Positions 11,380 to 24,170 of a DNA stretch of 64,000 bases are shown here, piece by piece. Position 1 is the stretch's first letter. Every line of letters begins with the position of its first letter. A program made the position numbers and the translations under genes. The notes under the pieces are model-generated. The model was given only the letters and a program-made list of their open reading frames with translations, did no database searches and was not told where the DNA came from. Origin of the DNA: Selaginella moellendorffii (Eukaryota; Plantae; Lycopodiophyta); assembly GCF_000143415.4 (NCBI RefSeq), contig NW_003314276.1, positions 943,135-1,007,134 on the forward strand, in the 5' to 3' direction.

Positions 11380-13200
11380 ATAAAATATACTTGAGGAATT
11401 TACTAATATCTTTCTATTTAAATTTCCTCATAGATTGCCTCTATTATAAAGTGTAGAGTATGAGATTACACTAAAGCCAAAAATTAGGCCAATCTATCAA
11501 TGTCCATTTTGACTAAGGTATATAGAGGAGTAAGAGGTTCAACAAGAAGTTAAAACATTACTTGATTTTAGATTTATTTAGCTAAGTATATCATCGTTTA
11601 ACACACTGATCTCACCCATTGAAGAAGAAGGATAACTCAATACAAATATATATTGATTACCATGTGTTAAACAAAAAGATAGTGAAGGATAAAATACCAA
11701 TATTGCATATAGATGATATCTTAGACAAGTTTAGTGAAGCTTTAGTGTTTACCAAGATTGATTTAAAAAGTGGATATTATTAAATTGCAATAAATGATGT
11801 GTCTATCTTCAAAACAACATTCAATATAAGTTTTAGCATTTTGAGTTTATAGTATGCTATTTTGTTTGACAGATGCATTAGCCACATTTACTCAAGTGAT
11901 AATGAAGATGTTTGAGTATTATCTACATAAGTTTGTAGAGGATGATATTTTTATTTTTAGCAAGAATATAAAGGAGCATAATATGCATTTATGCAAAGTT
12001 TTTTTATTATTACATAATAATAGAAGAAGAGCAAATATAAATTTACAAAGTTGGAAGTGGAGCATCTAGGCTGTATTATGACATTTATGGAACTGGGAAA
12101 AAGGTGGTTGTGGTGGAAAATTGTCAATATTAACTTTAGTGGCTAAGTTAAAGAGTTTTCTTGGTATAACTAGTTATTATTAACATTTATAGTATAAATT
12201 TATAGAGGTGGTTATTCCTTTGCCATAGTTGTTGCATAAGAATATACTATTTAAATGGAAGAAGTTATAAGAGGATAATTTTGTGGCATTGAAACGTTTG
12301 TTGTGTAAAGCTCTAATGTTTTGGATTGCTGATTCATCAAAACCACAAAATTTAAAGTTTGACATTTATATACAATATATTGTCCTAAGATCATGAGAAC
12401 TCCCCTCTAATTACTCACATCATAAGTAAAACAACAATATTCTAAGTATAAGTACTTTCAATTGTTCATATTTTATGAACATGTACCCTTTATGAGTAAT
12501 GGCTCTATTTAGTGGAGGCAATATCTTTATGGCACAATGTTAATGGTGTTGATGGTGTTGTATATCTATTCCCATAAAAGGAATTGAACATTAGGCAAGC
12601 TTATTAGATGGCCACACTCATAGAGTTTGGGGAATTTTTTATCAAACATCATTTAGGGAAATTTAATATAATGGTGGATGTTTTATTTTATATTCATCAT
12701 ATGACAAAGTTAGGAATATAGTTTTGTAATTATTTGAGTAAGGTTATCAATGAGTTTGAGTAATATGTTGAGCATGCTCAAAATTAAGATTCTAAGATGG
12801 TCTCTTTACAAGCCTAAATGGAAGGACTTCTTTATTGGTGGATGGGATTCTCTACTACAACAGCTGTGTATTTCCCACAAATGGATGTGTTGATTGATCA
12901 AATTTTATCCACTATCATGATCGTTAAAAGGCTAGTCTATTTGGGTTTATAAGTTGATTAAGTGTAATTTTTAATAGAGGAATATGAAAGATGATATCCT
13001 TAAATATTGTAAATCATGTGAGATCTATCAGCATGTAATAGTGCTATGAGAAAAGTTGAGAGGAGTTTTGCAACTTTTACTTATTCCTTAGAAACATTGG
13101 CATAGTATTTCTATAGACTTCATCATTTATTTATTGTAAATATAGAGGCAAAAAAAGGAAATGTAGGTTTTAATGAAATATATATGGTTATTAGCTCTTT
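11380..13200 (+). mobile_element. Heavily decayed Ty3/gypsy pol (RT-RNaseH-integrase remnants)
   Basis: Remnants IDYHVLNK, IDDILDKF..A.VFTKIDLKSGYY, DDIFIFSKNIKEH and WHSISIDFI, with many stops and frameshifts. Confidence 0.8.
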
Positions 13201-13282
13201 AGAAGACTAACACTACCTCAAACTTGGCTTTAGTTTACTTGGAAAAAGTTTTTCCTAATTTTAGTTTGGCAAAAGACATTTA

Positions 13283-14744
13283 TATGAGACATAAATCCCA
13301 AAGCCCCAAAAGTGGAGCTGAAAAAGTACTATGTAGTAGTGGTCAAAGCAAAAGCTAAATAAGTGTAACACATTCAGACTAAAAACTCCGACTTGAAAAA
13401 TCGAGAGCAGGAATGGAACTCTCAATAAAGTGCTCAAAGAACAAGCACAAAGCAACTAATAAATGATTCTCTAGAAAAGAGACACAAGAAGACCAACACA
13501 TAACATGTGGATGGACCCGAGATGGACCCGAGACGGAATCCGAGATGGAATTTAAGATGGACCCGAGACAGAATCCAATATGGAGTCCGAGATAGACCTG
13601 AGATGAAGTCCGAGATAGACCTGAGATGGAGTTCGAGATAGACCTGATATGAAGTCCGAGATGGACTCAAGATGGAGTCCGAGATGGAATGAACACCAAG
13701 ACCGAATCTGATTCTGAAATCAAGTCCAAGTCTGAATACTAATATAGGTAGTTGGGTGAAAGCCCAAAGCAATCGTTCCTCTAAAAGGGGTTCCAAAAGT
13801 ATAATAGGGAGAGTATAAGGGTTGAACTCCAGTAGAACCAATTTTGCTAGAAAAAGCCAGTGTGGCCTAGGAAGGTTATACCCATATATTAGGTGATGAT
13901 ATAACCACTGGGAAGTCCAAAGCTAGAGTGAATATAGACAGACAAATGGGGTAATTTAGTGAAGTGTTCAAGAGCCGGCTCTAGTTCCCCCGGGAGATCG
14001 ACTGGCCAATGCTCCCAGTCTAAGTGTGGGTGGCATTACCTACTTGGACACCAAGTGTGGCTCAACGGAACCTCACTCTAAGCCCATGGCTAGAGCACCC
14101 AAAGGCGGAAGGCGGGGAAAGTACCCACGAGACTTGCATAAGGCCATGGTATTCCGAAATATTATCCTGAATGCCCAAACTGTGGAAAGGAAGAGGAGTA
14201 GTCCTCTGGTGTAGTGACCAAGGATACAGTCGTGTGGTGAGGAAGTCCCAGAGGACTGTGGGACTTAGTGGTCGGGCCTGTGGGCCTTGATCCAGTGGCA
14301 GTGTTGGTGAACACGGCCATGGGCAAAAAGGGACTTGGTGGGGACCGGAAAGGGGATATTGGGGAAGGCTATTCCCCATGTCTATGGGCATCCTAAGGAT
14401 GATAAGGAGTGGATCTGGGATGATCACTTGTGGATGGATGGCCTAGTCTTTGAGAGACGGGACTGTGGTGTAGGTAGTGTCAGACCACCAATATGACCAA
14501 GGTGAATGGGCATGGCCTTAGCGTAACGAGTTGATGTGTCGGTGGTACCTTGGGGTGTCGGTCATGGGATCAGACACGTGGAGCATTTGAACCAAGTGCA
14601 AAGGTTGAGTGGTGGAGATGCCATTCTCGAGGCTAGCAAGCCCAAGTCCAAAATAGGATTTATGGAGGTTGTGAGTGAGACTCCTCCAAGTGGTCGGAAG
14701 TGTGGTTAAGTGACTAAAAAAGAATGGAAAAATTAGTTATTACA
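13283..14744. mobile_element. Older diverged LTR of the same family as 1245-3146
   Basis: End-to-end colinear with 1245-3146 (TATGAGAC...TTACA). Shorter eroded minisatellite at ~13510-13735. No clean TSD. Confidence 0.88.
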
Positions 14745-16589
14745 CCTTGACACTAGGCTCCTTCCTATGGAAATCCTCATATAGCAATGTTGTATCACTT
14801 AGGTTTGGAGTATATACTTTTCTTATGCTATAAGTTAACAGATGTAATGATCAAAGGGTCATAGAAGATAGCCCACTTCTATTGGTGGTTTCAATTATAA
14901 ACATAAACCACAATATTGGGCTTGGACTTACACAAGATCTACACCAAGTTTGGACAACTTGGAGTTTTGGACATATAGAGAACTCCAACAATAGTGTTTA
15001 ATGCCCATTATTGAAAACATCTTTACAGTCAATAGTTCCATTTCTAAAACTGCTTCATGCCAAGGATAGAAAGATCCTTGGAATTTACTGCATGAGCCAC
15101 CATTGCTTCCTTGTCAAACTTGGTTGACAGATCAAATGAATACTCCATTTTTATCTAATGTGCCTTAAGAAAGATGAAGACATTGACTATATTGTCAACA
15201 TGTGCCCCAAATACACTCACTTCCGACAAGCACTAGTGCCATGAGGGTGGGATCTTCATGTCATCCTTAAAGGGGAGCTGTGCACAAATAAAATTTGTGA
15301 TTTCTTGCATATGATGGATGTTCACCAAAGCAAGGGGCCACAGTCAGCATTGAAATAATCAAGTTCGAGAGTATGTAAATGTGAATGATTGAATGAATGA
15401 ACAAATGAATTTTATTCATATATAAAAAAAATATAATTATGTTCTTCAACTACTTTTTATTTTATAAACATATTATATTATACCATATATCTTGTTTTAA
15501 AAAACATAATTTTTTCCATGTAATTAGCTATCATTTTAGATAATTGATATTTTATGACCTTTGTGATTTGTATAAAAGAAATACTGCATCATAAAATATA
15601 AATATCATAATAATGAGTTACCAGAAAATATCTTTTTGTTTATATGTTAGTTATTTCATTAGTTAGTTTTGAATTGAAAATGTGGAGACTAAGTAAGTAC
15701 AAGTGATGTTGATATGCAAACAATAGTGAATACCATAGACTTTATGATTTCAAATATTAGTAGAGAAATGTTTTTTATAGAAAATTGATTAGATGCTATT
15801 GCTTTACCTTTATCTGGAGGAATAGCAATCATTAAATTATCAAGATTTTTTAGAAAATCTCCAAACTGTGAAAGTGTAGATATAATAATAAAATGAAGTA
15901 TAATTTATCAAGGATTGAGATTTTTGTTAACTAGTAATACTTTTAAAAGTTTAAAGGCAGCTGCAAATTATGCAATAATAACTTCTAGAAGATATCAAAT
16001 ATTAAAAGCTTTCAAACTCATGTAGATTGTGATATAGTCAAAAGCATTACAGTGGTTCTAAAAATAACCCCATCATAATTTATTGGTGGATGATAATTTA
16101 TCATCTCTAAATTAAAATTTTGTTTTGTTTTACATTTGAATTGCAATTTAGTTTTGAAGTTAGAAAAATATAAATTATGGAAAACTATTACTTTTAAGAA
16201 ATCTATTACTACATAAATTTTTAGATTATAAATGATGATAATGTTTATAAATTTTCAAATAAATGTAAATGAATAGTATATAAGATAACAAAAGTCAAAT
16301 TAATTTTATCAAAATTTCTTAGTTGGAAAAGTAATAGTAATTTAAACAATATATACCTTAAGTTCACTAAATATTCAAGCTAATATGAAATGCTAAATCA
16401 AAATAACAATGTACTATTGATGCTTTCATGATCTAAGTTGTTAGATTTCAGTACAAATAAAAAATTATCTAATTGAATTTATGAGAAAAATTTACTAAAA
16501 AATATCTGAAAGTGATCAGCTAATAATTGTGCAAGAAGTTTAAACACAACACACTTATAAAGTAAATAAATAAATAAATAAATAAATAT

Positions 16590-17040
16590 TATATTCCATA
16601 ATGATCATCATGACAATTATCAACCAAAGGGCTCTTTAAATGTTTGCAAGACTTATGCTTGTCATTGTTAAGTTGACAAGCCACATCATAGAACCCCTTC
16701 AAACTCTCTTTTTAGGTTGGGAATACAAAAGTGCTACCTAACACTCTCACTGTGAAGGCTATCAATAAAGTAGTATTTATTATAATTTGAATATTTTATT
16801 GGAGCACGATTTGGATCCTTTATTGGTGACTAAACTTTTCAATATAGTTCTTGAATATTATTTTCTTTTGTTGAAAAATATTGAAGTTCCTCTTCAGTAA
16901 AACATAGATAAAAGCAGTCTCAAATTCATCCATAGTAAATATTGGTGGTTTCTTGTCTACAACACAAAACTCTTTAAACAAAATTCCACCATTGAAAATT
17001 TAAATCACACAAAATTATTGAAATAGCTACTAAAACCTTA
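16590..17040. repeat. Second copy of the decayed repeat at 10480-10960
   Basis: Colinear similarity by eye. Confidence 0.6.
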
Positions 17041-20000
17041 GATATATGGGGAATAATAGTGAGGGTGTTTTAGCAAACATAATAAACTATCATTTAATGA
17101 ACTAAGCTCAATATCACAAGAGTTCCTAACACTAGCAAATGCAAGTTAATAACATAAATTTTTTATTACTGTGTCAAATATATTGATTAAATGACAATTT
17201 AGAATTTCCTTTCTTAATGCTTTTCCAATCTAAGTGCATATGTGTTGACTAATTTCTCAACTTGTTTGAGCAAAGACTAATAAAAGGTTTAGCAATATTA
17301 ATATTTTACCATTATGGCAGTAAAAAAAGAATATCCAAAACGACTCACTAATAGTTAACTTTCAATATTCACAATCATATTCACCTTTATCATGATGTAA
17401 TGAGTGAGCTTCATTTCCCAGAGGTTGACATGCACCTCTGACAATCTAATTGAAACATAGCTTAGGCCCAAGATTGATATCAAATAAAGATCACCTCCCA
17501 ATGTTATCATATCTTTAGTGACAATTTCCCTAATCTTTGTCCTAAGCTACTCAACTATGCCCATCACCCAGTACAAGCCAGGAAGAACCCACCACCCCCC
17601 CCCCCCCCCCCCACGTCAAGTCCAAGTCACACGTGGAGAAGGGTGAGAACACACCAAAGGTTGCTCTCCCACCTAGTTTGGAGCACCAACAACAAATATA
17701 TAATGGCAAAGATTTACACTTGGTTTTCCTTAGCCCACACCACCAAATCTAGACCCAGACCTCAGACTCTTGGAGATGAGCTAACAGCCTTAAACTTATC
17801 GGTTTAAGATAAACTTGGATTGATAATGCATGATACTACAGCATGCCTATATTATTCCATTGTTCTCAAAGTTTAGATTTGTTTCTGCCTTGGTTTCATT
17901 GTAGCTCAGTTATTAATGCTTAAATAGAGGATTTCGAGGAAGACTCTCGAGTGGTTAAGCACTAGTGCTTGCGGTGCCCAGGTCCATAAACTCTGAGGGG
18001 AAAAAATCCGGAGGCACAGACACTCTAGCCAGAGCAAACCAATTCTCTTACGTGGAAATTGAGCTGGCGTTGTTTAAGTCATTAAGGTCTTCACAAATCA
18101 GACTATTGTCAAGAAGAATCTAACAAAGTCATTCCAGTCTACTAAGAGAAACAAAAAGAGAGGCGTAGTATTTTCAAATGATCAAACCTGGAAAGAAACA
18201 ATGAATGGAGGCATAAGGGTTAAGCAAGGCTTAAGTGTGAGAAAGAATGCATTATTTTTCAAGTGAGCAACCCAGCTTGGAAGAAGAGGGACCGCCAAAT
18301 AAAAAAATTGATCTTTAAATTTTCTATGATCTTGGAGTTCTCACGCAGTCTAGCTTCCCCGAGTTTCTGCCTCCTCCATCTTCTGCTACACTAATACAGT
18401 ACATATGTCCAAATTTTGGTCTCCCAAGAGAGGAAACGTTCTTATAGCATTCTCCTCTACCACCTTTCTATCCTCTTTTTTCCTGATCCTCCAGAGTCAG
18501 TTCACTACTCGAAGCAGTTCGTTGAAAGAAAAGATGGTTCCATGACGACGAGGAAAATAATAAGCCGGAAGCTGTAAGATCGTCCTCCGAGCAAGAGCCG
18601 TGCAAGAAGATGATAATGCTGGAGTGGCTCCGCGGGTGGCTCCGGAGCTCCATTGAGCGGACGACACTCGCAGACGAGCTTGAACTTTGCCGTATGTGCA
18701 AACGATGATCCTCTCGGAGGGTAGCCAGGGAGACAGAGCAGTAACTTGCGAAGGTGTAGCATAGATATCCTCCAGCCAGCTCTACTCGCATCGGAAGCTC
18801 CAAATCAGCGAGCTTGGAGCCGCTCATGCAGCTAAGGCTCGACCATCTTTCAAAAACGACTGTGGCCACCTCCTTCATGAAGTCGATGATCGACGTTGGC
18901 AAATGTTCCGCAGCATCCACCGACTTCTCTCCTCCAGTACTTTAGTGTGGACTTGCGGCTTCGAATCGTCCTCCATCCAAGGATCGCTCTTGCTAACGAT
19001 GAACCGTGATCATCACGAGTGGTGCAGGGCGCAACATCGAGCGCAGCAATGGCTGAAACAGAAGAAAGGAAATGAGAGGAATAATAGCATGCCCTGCCGC
19101 ACCAAGTTTGAACTCTTGACAGATTATCGTGAGTCCAATAAAAATTCATAGAAAATTAAATTTTCTCTTTTAACCTGAACTTGAGCGAATCTACATTCAG
19201 CTGGAGCATACGTCAAAAGCTTACAAGGTAAAGTACCATCAAAAGCTGCGTCGCTTGTTCGTTCCCCGCTGGTCACCACGAATATCGATTCTCCATTCTC
19301 GAATCTCGAAAGGAAGGACACCTTTTCAGGTCGCTCCATCGCTGGAGCAAACTTCCACCTATTCTGCTCTACTGAATTACTCTCGGTACGGCTCTGATCC
19401 ATCCATCCTGAAGTAAAGAATTCTCTTTTTCCCTCCTCTTTTTTTTCTTTTTTCTTTCTCTTGGTACATTCGTAATTAAAGTTTGTGGGAAGTGATTCTG
19501 ATCTTTTCTCTCAGTCTAGCAGTAGTGTTTGAAACTGATGGTCACACGCTCGCACTCATCCAATTCTGTGTTTGTTCTCTCAGTCGCAATTGACGCTTGC
19601 AAGATTGATTGCTTGCAGGGTGATTCGATTACATGCTCCAAAAAACCAGAAGATTTTATTGTTTGATCTTCTCGCAAGCTCTATCGAAGCAGACAAACTC
19701 CGGCTTTGCCCTCGTTCCTGAACTATAAAGACGAACCACATTAAGAAGATACTTATCAACCACGAATCGAGACCATTGACCATGAGAGAACCAAAGAAAA
19801 GGAAAGATTTTGTTGTTTCATTGTCATTTGTATATTTTTCTGCGTTGACGTTGACGGTGGGTTGTAATTTGCAGGCATGGTTTATATTCCTTGTTTGTGG
19901 TCCCCCAAGTATGTTTGTTTAAACTTCTTCTTTCCCTTTCTTGGACTTTTTGCTGGTGCTGGTGGGATAGTGTCTCGATCGAGATTGTTGCTTGGTTGGT

Positions 20001-21808
20001 TTGTTTGATGGATTGAATGGATTGCCTCCTTGTTTGTTTGTTGGCCGCGATTGTCTCTACAAAAACTAATCACTTTTTGCGTGATGGTTCCAAGATCATC
20101 GTTGGGATTTGCTTACTGAAACTCCTGGTGGCCTCCAATCCTAAGATCGAGGCACGAGCCTTGGAATCCCAAAGTTGGGGGTTAAAACTCCCATAGAAAA
20201 ACTTCCAGAAAAGCTGATCAATCACTGAAAAGCGAGGCCCCGTCCGTACTGGGTGTGCTAGAACTTGTCACAACTACGGCCACCTACAACAACGCTCCAA
20301 GCACTTTAGAGAATTTTGAGAGAATATCGAGAATTTCCTGTGTTCTCTCAGGAGAGTGTGTCTGTGTGGGTGTCCCAGGCCATGGCTGCACTCCAAGTGT
20401 GCAAATAGAAACTCCGGTCTTTTCGCTTAGTTGGTGTGTCAACCCACAAGGAAGACAATGAAACGACCAGATAACACAGAAAAATGTGTGTCCGTACACC
20501 TCTTTTTCTCTTTTTCTTTGGTGTAAGCTATGGGATAGCTGCTGCTGCTACTCTACGAGGCTCAATCAAGCAGAGAGAGAGACATTCGCGTGAAATTTTA
20601 GGAGCCAGTTCTTCCGCTAGGAATTTGATTCCAATTGTCCTTGTTTGTAAGAAGCAATTTTTTAAGGCTCCCAACGTATGTTTAAGCTAAGAAAAGGTGG
20701 TCAAACGAGATCAAGTTTCTCATGCGCACATTAGCAGGTTGATCTATTCGAACAGTGGTTTGATGTTCTCTTTTTTTTTTCTCACTTTGTGTGATTGTTG
20801 GTGTGATAGTGGTGGAATCCACGCGGAATTTTCTATAGGAATGTGTGAGTGGCGTCGATGATGCTTCTAGTAGAGATTTTTTTTCCCCTCTCTAGCTAGC
20901 GGATTGAATCCAGTGAGTGGAAACAAACAATTTTCTTTTGTTTGGTCTGTTAGATGGACTTCTTTGATACGGCATGCGGTCGGTGAATCGTTTTCATATT
21001 TGTAAACATTGTTAAATATTATAGTAATAAAGAAATAATATTTACAATATAATAGTAAGGTAAGAAAAACGTTAACCCTGGCGTTAAGCTGTCAAAGTTT
21101 AAAAGAGAGACCGCCGCCAAAAAAGCCCTGTCTGTGTGCATAGCAGTAGAAGAACCAATGGTAAAACTGGCGAGACAGTAACATACTGCTGTGGTAACAA
21201 GCGAAGACACGTTAACTTCACAGACAGGCTAGCTACACGTCTGGTTTTCCTAGCTACACCGATTGATTTTACCCATTTGGGTAAAATCGTCAGTCTCGAA
21301 CGTACAATATACGTATTCTCAGCAAGAAAGCTGGCCGGCGGAGCCGAGTAAATACACAAGTCCTAGAAGAAAGCTTCCCTGGTAGGGGTGAAAAATCGTG
21401 TCCTTGAAAATCTACTTATTTCCCCAAGGACCTGTCCCTAGCAAAGTGCGCTCTTTGCGCAGGGGCCTTTAGCAAGAACAGCCTATAGATGCCTATGAGA
21501 ACCCTTATAGTTTTTATTTCATACAGCCTACTTGGTTTCTTCCAGGACTTCTCGTGCTCCCTTCCTTCCATTCCATTCTTTTTCTTCTCCTCTCTCTCGA
21601 ATCGATCGATCGATCAGCCGATCCCTCCTCTCCTTCCCACGAAATTGGCGAATCGGCGGTGATCATTGGCGCTGCGAGGAAGAATCGGCGAAGAATTCGC
21701 TCTCTTTCCTTCTCACCCCGGCGCGGCAAGGCGGAGATTTCTTTCCACTGTTCTTCGCCCGGGCATTGCAGCGATCGATCGTGAGCTGGGACGACGACGA
21801 AGGAGATT

Positions 21809-22276
21809 ATGAGGAGCGTGTACTCGATACTGAGCCCCGAGAGCAAAGATCGTCCCAAGATCCATGGCGACAAGAGCCCTAATCCCTCCTCCAAGGATCC
21901 CACCAGGAAGGCGGCGTCGGCGGCAGCGCAGAGGGCATCATCGAGCAGGAGAAAATGTAGGCGAGTGTTTAGGATCCGGATGCGCGTAGCAGCGCGCCTC
22001 CATTTCCTGGATCGGCTGCGCGAGATGTGCGTCCGCCTTGTTCTTGGCAGTGGGAGGAGCCGATGCCGCAATGTGTGTGACTCGCCCAAGCCCGATCAAC
22101 AGCGCCATCGCCAGGCGCCGCCGCCGCCGCCGCCGCCACACAAGCAGCAGCAGCAACAGCAAGCAGCAGAGATTTGCGTGAGCCGGAGCTCCTACTGCGA
22201 GGACGCGGTGTCGGAGTGCATCAAATTCATCAAGCAAACGGCGGTGGCCGCGGATTCCCGGTCCCTTATCTGCTGA
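21809..22276 (+). CDS. Intronless uncharacterised plant protein (155 aa), resembling the 'josephin-like'-annotated small plant family
   Basis: ATG-initiated, GC-rich. Central FLDRLREMCVRL helix and C-terminal SYCEDAVSECIKFIKQT resemble the conserved 'SH..EAV.DCIEF' motif. Confidence 0.7.
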   Translation: MRSVYSILSPESKDRPKIHGDKSPNPSSKDPTRKAASAAAQRASSSRRKCRRVFRIRMRVAARLHFLDRLREMCVRLVLGSGRSRCRNVCDSPKPDQQRHRQAPPPPPPPHKQQQQQQAAEICVSRSSYCEDAVSECIKFIKQTAVAADSRSLIC

Positions 22277-22902
22277 TCGATCGATCGAGCAGCGCGCTCG
22301 CTGTTGCTGTTCCTCCTGTTCCTCGAGGCAGAGAGGTTCGTCCTTTTTCGTGAGTTTGCCTGTAGATATTCCTCCCTATACGATGGAAATGTTTTCTTTT
22401 GGTGCTCTATAGCAGAGCTCGCCAAAGAAGAAGAAGAAGAAGAACGAAAGAGAGAAAGAAAGAAAGAAAGAAAGAAAGAGGAGTGGTGAAAGGATTGAAA
22501 GCTCGAGCTCGCTCGAGCTGTGATAAATTTGCATTAGATTTGCAGTGTCTCGCGAGTCCTGTGACGGCTATAATTCTCGATTTGATGCAACAGGCTGGGC
22601 ATTTGTGTGCATGAACGAAGAGCAAGAAAAAAAAAAAAAAACCTTTGGGTTTTGATGGGTAGGGAGGATCTTGCCTGAAGCATTTCCTCACATTTGAAAT
22701 TATTAATGAATTATGGTGTTTTTTGTCGTGTTTTTTCCTCCTCTCTTCCTCATTCCTAGTAGTACTTGAAGGGTCGTTGCTTGGATTTTATTCATTCACT
22801 CAAGCATTCATTCATTCAATTTTCATCTCTCTCGTTTGTCTCCCTGGCAGTGTGGTGTGTGGCGTGGGCTGGTTGAATTTACCAGGAACCAGGAAGAAAA
22901 CT

Positions 22903-22908
<6 letters not shown>

Positions 22909-22973
<65 letters not shown>
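22909..22973. repeat. (AG)n microsatellite
   Basis: Direct. Confidence 0.97.
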
Positions 22974-22976
<3 letters not shown>

Positions 22977-24170
22977 GTTGAGTCTCTCTCTTATCTCCTT
23001 GTTGTTGTTGTTGTGCTCTCTTGCATTGTGTGGGTGTTCCATAATGGTGGATCGTTTTCGTTGCAGGAATGAGATTCACAAGGTTGGAGACGGGGATTGT
23101 TGCTGCTGTGTGAAGATGCTGTGGCTGTGGACACTCATACACTATACACACACAAACCGCGCTTACACATCTCAGGAATTCCAGGGAGGGATTGAAGTTT
23201 GGAGCTCCAGTGTTGCTTTTTTTGACATATTCTCTGGGCCGCTAGACACGCACTAGTCAAGGAATGAATGCACGGGTCAGGAGATTTACTTATCTATTCA
23301 AGGGCTTCTCTTGACAATGTTTTTCTTTCTGTTTCCCCCAGGAACAGCAACAGCGCTGGAGTTGGGCGGCAAACGAGCCCCGTTTTCCTCCTCCTCACAG
23401 TGGTGTCGATTGGAATTCGGAGTTGCGAATGGCATCTTCTTCATGAGGACTTCGCTGGTGGTGGGGATGGCGATGGAGTAAAAGTTGGTGTCCTGGAAAT
23501 AATGTTGAATGTACTGTGGCTTGGTTTTATTCCTGAAAGACCATCTTTGCCAAAGAAGCTATTGAAAAGGATGCGCGAAAAAGCAGTGTCGGCTTCCCAT
23601 ATTACCAAATTTCAAGGGGAACAAAATATTTATAGAAAGATGGTGGACTGGGAAGAAATTTCTTAAAAGCAATCAACGACTGGCATCGTATCCGATTGCT
23701 TGGAACAGGAGTACTTCAATTGTGGAGCGAAATTTCTTCCTTGCTCGCAAGCTTTGGTCCTTCCCCCATGCCCAAAACCATGACGAGGTAAAAGCTAGGA
23801 AGTGTCCCTTGGAACACAATTCCAAGAAAAACCATCATGAAGCGGAGGCTCCAAATCATGGAGCATCTACGCATTCCTCCATGATTAAGTTCTATCGTTG
23901 CAAACCATCATCGTTACAACACAAATCCTCCATCTCCCAGATTTGCTTGATTTGCATCACGCATTCCTCACTAATTCCCGTAATGGAAGAACTCGAGCAG
24001 CATCTAAGCGGATTCGTGTGAGCCCTAGGGATGTTGTTGGCGCAGTTCCACATCTCTCTACGAACTATTGGGCATCGTCGTCCATGATCGATTGCAACAC
24101 TCTCACGTCTCTTAAGAAGCAACTTTGGTAGTATCGAAACTAGGTATCGAAGGGAGGGCTTTCGCTCGAA

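Noticed and set aside
17945-17990. tRNA or tRNA-derived SINE head (GAGTGGTTAAG A-box-like)
   Set aside because: No B-box, cloverleaf or tail; too short to support.
19400-21500. Conserved miRNA precursor
   Set aside because: No match by eye to the deeply conserved plant miRNAs I checked (156, 159/319, 160, 166, 171, 390, 396, 408) and no clear long hairpin.
22723-23256. ORFs with RE/SL repeats
   Set aside because: Translation of the (AG)n microsatellite.
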